A DNA stretch of 64,000 nucleotides, from sequence record NZ_CP118944.1. One strand, given 5' to 3'. Source of the stretch: a plasmid. A program made the translations under genes and the position numbers. This document shows, one piece after another, positions 57,645 to 64,000 of this stretch (positions within the stretch are counted from its first letter, which is position 1; every line of letters starts with the position of its first letter). The notes under the pieces are model-generated. The model ran no database searches and was not told the DNA's origin. It saw nothing but the letters and a program-made list of their open reading frames with translations.

Positions 57645-58631
57645 TTACAAAAATACGCAGTTGCGTTTGCGCCACATCAGATAGCCGAAGTTCTTTCGGT
57701 CATTGGGCATGTTGTGGCCGGTGCCCCACAGGGTGGTGGTTTTGCCAAAGGGGTGGCAGGCCGCCACGTCCGGGTGGACGTTGACCATCTGATAACGCCA
57801 GCGCTCTTTGGGCACGATGGCCGAGGGGTATTCAAAACAGACGGCGCGATCCTTGCCGACAGAGTTCATGATCATGCCCTGGCGGTGGAGCTTGGCTGCC
57901 ATCCGCTCGGAGAGCAGGATGGAGGACTGCATAGGGCTGAATTCGTTGCTGACGTAGCCGGTGAAGGGATACATGGAGCCGTGCGCGCCGGCACACCAAA
58001 AGAGCGCGTCGATGGGCTTGCCAAAGGCACTGGCCATGGCATCAGCAGCGCAGGCCCCCTGGGCAATCACGTTGTTAAACAGCATGGCCTCGGGGCTCAA
58101 AATGAGCGCGATAGATGAGTCATTCCAGGTGGGATCAAGCTCGGAGAGGTAACCGATATCCATGTCGCCGCCCTGCAGGCAGCCCATGGAGGTGATGATG
58201 TTGAGCCAGTAGGTCAGCGGGTATTTGTACCAGTGAACGTGATAAAACGCGCCCGCGACATCCTTGTCACTCTGTCCAGCTGTCCCGGTGCCTACTTTGC
58301 CAATCCCCAGACTGATCCCGCCCATATTGACCAGGCAATAGGGGGCACGGGTCACATCGGTGAGCGCCATCGGCTCCCAATACCCGATAGCGAGGCCTAC
58401 GCGATACAAGATCCCCATTGGGCAGATCTGGATAGGCATGGACGGATTGCTGGTATCCGGCGCGGGGCCAGACATGAGGGCGACGCTACCAATCGAGATG
58501 GGGAACAGGCATTCCCAACAGACGTCGGTAATAGGGTTCACAAAGTTGCCCTGGCACTCGGCATCGGCTGCACCCGCAGAGGGCGAGAGCAAGGCGGCGC
58601 ACAGCATGATGGCAAGCAGGGGGTGTTTCAT
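57645..58631 (-). CDS. traU: F-type pilus assembly protein TraU
   Basis: 328 aa, compared with F TraU 330. Signal peptide. Conserved Cys pattern. Confidence 0.8.
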   Translation of the reverse strand: MKHPLLAIMLCAALLSPSAGAADAECQGNFVNPITDVCWECLFPISIGSVALMSGPAPDTSNPSMPIQICPMGILYRVGLAIGYWEPMALTDVTRAPYCLVNMGGISLGIGKVGTGTAGQSDKDVAGAFYHVHWYKYPLTYWLNIITSMGCLQGGDMDIGYLSELDPTWNDSSIALILSPEAMLFNNVIAQGACAADAMASAFGKPIDALFWCAGAHGSMYPFTGYVSNEFSPMQSSILLSERMAAKLHRQGMIMNSVGKDRAVCFEYPSAIVPKERWRYQMVNVHPDVAACHPFGKTTTLWGTGHNMPNDRKNFGYLMWRKRNCVFL

Positions 58632-59257
58632 GGCCGTGGCTCCAGGGTGAAGGTGTCGACCTGCAGACGCAGTCCGCCAGGGGCCGCGCTCACTTTGGCG
58701 GGCACTGCCGTCAGGGCAAACTTGCGGCTCAATACGCCCTCCTGGTCGAAGTAGATGCGGGTGTCGAGCGTGTTGGTGGCCTTGCGAATATCGCCGTTGA
58801 CCAGGATCACCTTGTAGATGAGCGTGGCGGGACGTTGTTTGCGCATCCAGGACACCTGGCGAGGATCATCGGCATCGATAAAGTAGAGGGTTTGGGTAAA
58901 GGGCACGGTGGCCAGCGGGTTGACCTTGTCGCCCTGATGGGCAAAGACTTGCCCCTTGTCGTCGGCGATGTCCTGGCTGACGGTAAAGGTGGGATCGACA
59001 AAATGGGTACTGTCCTTGCTCGCCAGGGTGAGCCCGGTGACCGGTGTCGGGCGCAGGCTGTTCTTGATCACCCGCTGCTTGAATGCCTCCTGTTGCTCGG
59101 CAAGTTCGCCACTCTCCTGCATGGCCTGCAGGCGGTCATGGATAGTGGTCAGCATATCCGGCTCGGTGATGGGGTAGAGATCGCCCCAGGTGCCCAGATT
59201 GGCAGCATGGGCCTGACCACCGAGGGCCAGCGCGATGTACAGGCAGGCGACCCTCAT
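58628..59257 (-). CDS. traW: F-type pilus assembly protein TraW
   Basis: 209 aa, compared with F TraW 210. Signal peptide. Position. Confidence 0.7.
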   Translation of the reverse strand: MRVACLYIALALGGQAHAANLGTWGDLYPITEPDMLTTIHDRLQAMQESGELAEQQEAFKQRVIKNSLRPTPVTGLTLASKDSTHFVDPTFTVSQDIADDKGQVFAHQGDKVNPLATVPFTQTLYFIDADDPRQVSWMRKQRPATLIYKVILVNGDIRKATNTLDTRIYFDQEGVLSRKFALTAVPAKVSAAPGGLRLQVDTFTLEPRP

Positions 59258-59691
59258 TGCGCCCCCTCATGCCAGGTGGTGGCTGGCTGGGCAAGCTGCG
59301 CTCGCATCCGGGTGGCGATGTCGTGCTGGATAGTGCGGGTAATGTCATCGGCCCCCCGTACCACCGAGGGGGAAACCAGGATGAGCGCGCGGTGCTCCTG
59401 CTGCCAGGCGGAGAGGCTGGCATCTAGCGCCTGGGTAAAGCGGGCAACCAGTTGCTTGCTTTGCGCTTCGGTCAGGGACTGGCTGGCCGATTGCTCCATG
59501 AACTGATCGATGGTGCCCTTCATATCAAAGGCCACCGGGGTTGGCGTACGGTGCAGGGCCAGCCAGCCGGTTGCAGCCAGGTTGAGGGCGGTCAGCACCG
59601 CCAGTGCCAGCATCCATCCCAGGGCAGTGCGCCGGGGGGCTCTGGTTGCGGGGGCGTTGTCCGTGGGCGGCGGGGGGATTAATGGTGCCAT
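59254..59691 (-). CDS. trbI: TrbI-like protein
   Basis: 145 aa with a single transmembrane helix, located between traC and traW as in F. Confidence 0.5.
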   Translation of the reverse strand: MAPLIPPPPTDNAPATRAPRRTALGWMLALAVLTALNLAATGWLALHRTPTPVAFDMKGTIDQFMEQSASQSLTEAQSKQLVARFTQALDASLSAWQQEHRALILVSPSVVRGADDITRTIQHDIATRMRAQLAQPATTWHEGAQ

Positions 59692-62264
59692 GATGCAAGG
59701 GCCTCCATTTCGTCGGGAAAGCGCAGCAGTGCCAGCTCATAGACCGCGTCGTGAATGTCGACGCCTTCGGCTCGGCGCTGTTGCAGAAACTCGAAGTCCT
59801 TGCCGTTGGAGCTGAACATGGCGCGAGAGAGGGGGTCGACAAACAGCCGGTGGAACGAACTGGTGTCATTGATGCGCAGCATGAAGGAGCTGAACCACTG
59901 ATCCTTGGCATCGCCAAAGCGGCTGATGGCCAGGCGCTCGAGCTCGCTGAACTGATTGGGGCGGTTCTGGTTGTAGATCTTGAACTCGCTCGCATCCTGC
60001 TTGAGGACGACCTTGAACGCCGAGTTGCCCCAGGCCGCTTTGGCGGCACTGCTGGCGTCATCGGCATCAAAGTCTTTGATGTTTTGCGAGATAGTGATGA
60101 ACGAGCCGGTATGACGGCGCACGGTGCGATAACCGGTTTCGATGAACGACCCCACCTTGTCGTTTTTGAAGTTAAGGAGCTTCCAGCCCTCATCGATGCA
60201 GCACACCTTTTTCAGGCTGCGGTCGGAGCGATACATCTTGTCCTCGATATAGATGATGAGCGAGAACATCACGGCGACCAGCAAGGAGGGTTTGTCCTGC
60301 AGGCCACCGAGCTCGAGCACCACCATGTTGGCATCGTCCGTCAGCGAGGGGCTGTCTGAGTTGAAGAACTCCCCGTAAATACCGGTTGAGCAATATTTGC
60401 CGAGCAGCTCGATGATCTCGTCCATGCGCGAGGTGATGGAGGCCGAATTGGCATAGTGCTCATGGTCGCGTTCGGTTTTTAAAAACGCCACCACATCATC
60501 GATACGGGCTTTTTGTTGCTTGACGTTCCAGGCGTTGAGGATCCCGCGCAGCAACAGATCTTCATGCACTTCATCGAGTTTGCCGTTAGGGCTGGCCAGT
60601 ACCGACAGCTGATCACGGATCCGCTCACCGGAGGCATGAATATTGGTGATGTTGGCAAAGGGGTTGAACTTGAGGTTCTGGCCGTCGAGATAGGTGCCGC
60701 CGACGTTTTCACAAAAGCTCTTGTAGCCATCCCCCATGTCAAACACCCAGACCGAACCGCCTGAATCGAGCACACTGCGCAAGATGGGTTGCACCAGGCC
60801 GGTTTTACCGGCCCCGGAGGTCCCGCTGACCGCCATGTTGTAGTTGGTGTTGCCAAGGCCAGTGTCGAAAATATCGAGAAAGGCCAACTGGTTACGGTAG
60901 GAGGGGGCGAGCAGGCCACTTTGGCACAGCCGGTTATCGGCGACCAGCGGCAGCAGGTTGACCGCCTGGGTGCTTTCGGCGCGGGAGGTGGCCCCGGAGG
61001 CTTTCAGATCATCCCACAATCCCTCACCGGCACAGAACGGGAACATGGCCAGGTAGTTGCGCATCTGCATGAAAACCGGGCTGTAGAGGTGCAGGCCGTT
61101 TTTCTTGAAGGTGTTGATCACCTGTTGTTCACAGATGAGGGCCGCCTCTTCATCATCGGGACAAAATGCGGTCAGGTTGAAGAAATAGCGCACCAGACAG
61201 CTGCTATTGCTGTTGAGGTTTTCCCGCAGCGCCCCCCACTCCTGGGCCTGTTTGCCCACGCCGGGAAAGAGCTTGCCATAAGGGGAGTTGGCCTTTTTAT
61301 CGAGGTCGAAGAATTTGCGAGTGGCTTCGTTTTGGGTGGACACCTGCTCCTCGGCTTCCAGGGTCATGGTCAGCACAAAGGGGCTGGCCACGCAGAGATC
61401 GGGGCTGAGCAGGTTGCTGATGTTATCCCCCCCTTGCCAGAGCATGAACAGGTCCGGGTTTTGCTCCAGCATGAAATTCATGATCCGGGCACGGGATTTT
61501 TGGCCATCACCCGCATCCAGGGTTAGCAGCAGATAATCCGGTTTCACTTCGAGACTGGTGCTGCGGTCAAGGCACTGAAAATTGAGCTCATCGTACTGTT
61601 GGAGGTTTTTGGGCGTGGCGATGATCTGCTCGGGCCGGTGGTTGGCCATCTGGTTGATGATGTTCACGAATGCCGTCTGGTCTACTTGCGCGGTGGCGAT
61701 CTTGGCGGATTCCAGGGATGCGCGAACAATTTTGAGCAGGTGGCTCAGCTCGGTAATAGCGGTCTTGTCGAGTTTTTTGGCTTTGGCGCAATAGGAGATA
61801 TAGACCCGATAATCGCGCAAGGTCAGCGGCAAATTGGTGGGGCTGCCGAACCGGCCATGGGCCGCGCTGTGGTAAAAGGCCCGCGTGATGCGGTTAAAGC
61901 GCTCGGCATGTTTCCCTTGCCAACTGAATTGGGCAATGCCGTGATCAATCTGGTCACCAATAACCTTGGTCGACACCAGATGCACCGAGATAGGCACCTT
62001 GCGTGGCAGTTTGCTTTTGACCAGATCATCGAGCACCTGGACGATGTGCTCATTCGCCCCGATGAGGGGGGTGGCTTCGAGCATAAAGCCGACCGTGCTT
62101 TTGTTCACGTATAGCCCGCTATCGGCATCGTAAAAGCGATATGGCAACATACTGGATAGCTGGGGATAGTGCAGGTCGCCCAATATCTTATTGGCTTGCA
62201 CCGCACCTACCGGTTTTTTGATGGCAGCCAAAAGGCGCTCAACGGTTGCAGTAATCACATCCAT
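59679..62264 (-). CDS. traC: VirB4-family ATPase TraC
   Basis: 861 aa. Walker A GTSGAGKT. Colinear with F TraC (875 aa). Confidence 0.9.
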   Translation of the reverse strand: MDVITATVERLLAAIKKPVGAVQANKILGDLHYPQLSSMLPYRFYDADSGLYVNKSTVGFMLEATPLIGANEHIVQVLDDLVKSKLPRKVPISVHLVSTKVIGDQIDHGIAQFSWQGKHAERFNRITRAFYHSAAHGRFGSPTNLPLTLRDYRVYISYCAKAKKLDKTAITELSHLLKIVRASLESAKIATAQVDQTAFVNIINQMANHRPEQIIATPKNLQQYDELNFQCLDRSTSLEVKPDYLLLTLDAGDGQKSRARIMNFMLEQNPDLFMLWQGGDNISNLLSPDLCVASPFVLTMTLEAEEQVSTQNEATRKFFDLDKKANSPYGKLFPGVGKQAQEWGALRENLNSNSSCLVRYFFNLTAFCPDDEEAALICEQQVINTFKKNGLHLYSPVFMQMRNYLAMFPFCAGEGLWDDLKASGATSRAESTQAVNLLPLVADNRLCQSGLLAPSYRNQLAFLDIFDTGLGNTNYNMAVSGTSGAGKTGLVQPILRSVLDSGGSVWVFDMGDGYKSFCENVGGTYLDGQNLKFNPFANITNIHASGERIRDQLSVLASPNGKLDEVHEDLLLRGILNAWNVKQQKARIDDVVAFLKTERDHEHYANSASITSRMDEIIELLGKYCSTGIYGEFFNSDSPSLTDDANMVVLELGGLQDKPSLLVAVMFSLIIYIEDKMYRSDRSLKKVCCIDEGWKLLNFKNDKVGSFIETGYRTVRRHTGSFITISQNIKDFDADDASSAAKAAWGNSAFKVVLKQDASEFKIYNQNRPNQFSELERLAISRFGDAKDQWFSSFMLRINDTSSFHRLFVDPLSRAMFSSNGKDFEFLQQRRAEGVDIHDAVYELALLRFPDEMEALASWHH

Positions 62265-62274
62265 AACAGACTCC

Positions 62275-62841
62275 TTACTTTAACTGCTGCGGTAACTGCC
62301 AGGTGCCTGGCGTGACCACAAAGGAGACCCGTCCGGGCTGGTGAAACACGTCCGAGGCATCAATCCAGGGGGCGATCCAGACCGAAGCCGTGGCATCTAT
62401 CAGCCGCAGGGGCGTGGCTTCGCCCAGATTGTCGCAACGCGGCGGCGCACAGACTTCATTGCTCAACACGGGCAACATAGTGCGCAGCGGTGAGGACGAC
62501 GGCGCACCGGTGGTGAGCGGGCGCGGCGTCGGGCTGATGCGCGCTGACGGGGGCATCGTGGTCGCAGATTGGGCGGGCACGGTGGTCATGACGGGGGTTT
62601 CGAGCGGCGAGACAGAGGGGGCTGGCAACTCAACCAGGGCGGGCAACCCGCCCGCAGCCTGCTTTCCCCTGGTGTCCCCTCCGGTCTTTTTGCGGGCCAT
62701 CTCGTTCGCCTGCTCCATGGTCATGCAACGGTCACTGGTGGTGGCATTGCATTCAAACTCGCTGGCGCTACCCGCACACCCGCCCAGCAGGGCGCAGAAC
62801 ACGGACAGGCATAAAAATCGTTTCATGGTGGTTATCCTCAT
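62275..62841 (-). CDS. traV: outer-membrane lipoprotein TraV
   Basis: Lipobox LLGGCAGS. ASEFECNATTSDRCMTMEQANEMARKK is nearly identical to F TraV GTSTEFECNATTSDTCMTMEQANEKAKK. Confidence 0.8.
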   Translation of the reverse strand: MRITTMKRFLCLSVFCALLGGCAGSASEFECNATTSDRCMTMEQANEMARKKTGGDTRGKQAAGGLPALVELPAPSVSPLETPVMTTVPAQSATTMPPSARISPTPRPLTTGAPSSSPLRTMLPVLSNEVCAPPRCDNLGEATPLRLIDATASVWIAPWIDASDVFHQPGRVSFVVTPGTWQLPQQLK

Positions 62842-64000
62842 TGATGGAGTGGGGGGTCAACGAGATCGCCCACTTTCATGTCTTTGAATGAACGGGCGAC
62901 ACTGGGATCGGCTAATACATCGTCCTGTTGTGGCACCGGCGCTTTATTGGCTTTTTTGAGTGCGGCCTCGGCGATGGTTTCGAGCTGGAACCCGTCTTGA
63001 AACACCATCGTGACTTCATTGCCCGCACCAATCGGGATGATGGGGTGGTACTGCTCGGCGCGTTTGATGTAGTAGTCAGAGAGGGTTTTGGCCGCCTGTC
63101 CCGCGCCGCCGCCTATGCCTGCTTTGGCTATGTCGCCGCCGTTCATGGTCGCGGTAGCCCCGATACCCACTTGCGGACTGGCTGATTTTTCGATGCCCTT
63201 ACCCACGCCATCAATGAAGCCTGCCCCCCAGGCCCAGCCCAGGATCTGGCCGTTACGCATAATGACCTCGCCCTTGATGCCGTTTTTTCCCATGAACGAG
63301 ACGTGACCGGCGATCTTCTGGTCGATCACGTCGTTGCTCTTTTTACAGCTGATCCCGCGTGTGCGGACGATGGCCCGCTCACTGGAGACATCCCCCCACG
63401 CTTCCAGGGTGACAAAACAGCCGGTCAGGTCGTATTCGTGATCGTTTGGCATTTGCACTTTGCCAGTCAGGCGTAGTTGCATCGGGGAGGTGTTCTGCTG
63501 CCCGGTGACGGCGGCGTTGGTATCTGCCCCCTCAATGACAACCGCCTTGGCAAATGATCCGGACGGAATGTAGGGGTACCTGGGGGCCTGGCTGGGCTGG
63601 TCATCGTCATAACTGAACGTGGTGGAATCGATGGCATTGACCGGCTGCACCGGGGCCATTGGTTGAATGGTCATTTGCCCTGGCTGGACGTTACCCATGC
63701 CGGGATAAAAGGCGGTTGGCGGCGGGATGTCGCCGTTGGCCATTTGCGCCGGATTTACCGAGCTGGGGGCGGGTTCGCCAGTGGGGGCCTGTAGCGAGGG
63801 GCCGGAGGCGGTGGCGGCTTTGAGCTCCTTGTTTTCGGCTTCCAGTGAGGCCAGACGCTCCTGATCATTTTTGCGCTCACGGGACATCATGGCCATTTCT
63901 GTGCGCATGGTGGCCAGCTCCTGGCGCACTTCCTTGTTGATGAGCTGAAACTCGGTGACAGCCGACTGCTGTACCTTGTCATCAAATTGGGCATTGACGA
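62838..64000 (-). CDS. traB: TraB (VirB10-like), C-terminal part; gene continues beyond window end
   Basis: The frame stays open from 63929 to 64000 (no stop). The ORF-track start is an internal GTG. Pro/Gln-rich linker then conserved C-terminal domain. traV overlaps by 4 bp. Confidence 0.6.
   Translation of the reverse strand, partial: VNAQFDDKVQQSAVTEFQLINKEVRQELATMRTEMAMMSRERKNDQERLASLEAENKELKAATASGPSLQAPTGEPAPSSVNPAQMANGDIPPPTAFYPGMGNVQPGQMTIQPMAPVQPVNAIDSTTFSYDDDQPSQAPRYPYIPSGSFAKAVVIEGADTNAAVTGQQNTSPMQLRLTGKVQMPNDHEYDLTGCFVTLEAWGDVSSERAIVRTRGISCKKSNDVIDQKIAGHVSFMGKNGIKGEVIMRNGQILGWAWGAGFIDGVGKGIEKSASPQVGIGATATMNGGDIAKAGIGGGAGQAAKTLSDYYIKRAEQYHPIIPIGAGNEVTMVFQDGFQLETIAEAALKKANKAPVPQQDDVLADPSVARSFKDMKVGDLVDPPLHQ

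Overview
The window reads as a mosaic F-like (MOBF12) conjugative plasmid segment, probably from Aeromonas or a close gammaproteobacterium. The host guess is weak and rests on an ISAs1-family IS, Tn5393 and a backbone GC near 58-60%.

Left to right:

1. 1-3286: a small mobilisable-plasmid-like segment with a MobV/Pre-family relaxase, an AT-rich putative origin and small ORFs.
2. 3287-8756: a complete Tn5393 (tnpA-res-tnpR-strA-strB) with 81-bp inverted repeats but no target-site duplication.
3. ~8.7-12.2 kb: an ORF abutting the Tn5393 inverted repeat, a lipoprotein, a parA/RHH partition pair with 8-bp centromere-like iterons, and a serine recombinase.
4. ~12.2-30.6 kb: a low-GC defence/accessory island holding a type III R-M system (mod split by IS630, res intact), a decayed Tn3-family transposon whose passenger is Gabija (gajA/gajB), an uncharacterised two-gene operon, an AbiEi/AbiEii pair, a radC neighbourhood, an ISAs1-family IS with an 8-bp duplication, and an orphan low-GC membrane protein.
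5. ~30.6-38.0 kb: the conjugative leading region. Two ~425-bp direct repeats sit upstream of rightward (+) gene clusters; the second copy is split by another identical IS630. The clusters hold a 685-aa DUF3560-like protein plus an orphan adenine methyltransferase, a 9-bp x17 tandem repeat, two unknown small proteins plus KlcA/ArdB antirestriction, and a geneX-like lytic transglycosylase.
6. ~38.0-64.0 kb: oriT region, traM, then on the minus strand traI-traD-traT-traS-traG (interrupted by an IS4-family IS with a 10-bp duplication)-traH-trbB-traF-traN-trbC-traU-traW-trbI-traC-traV-traB (partial).

No rRNA, tRNA or CRISPR array is evident. All calls come from reading the translations and DNA by eye; no searches were run.
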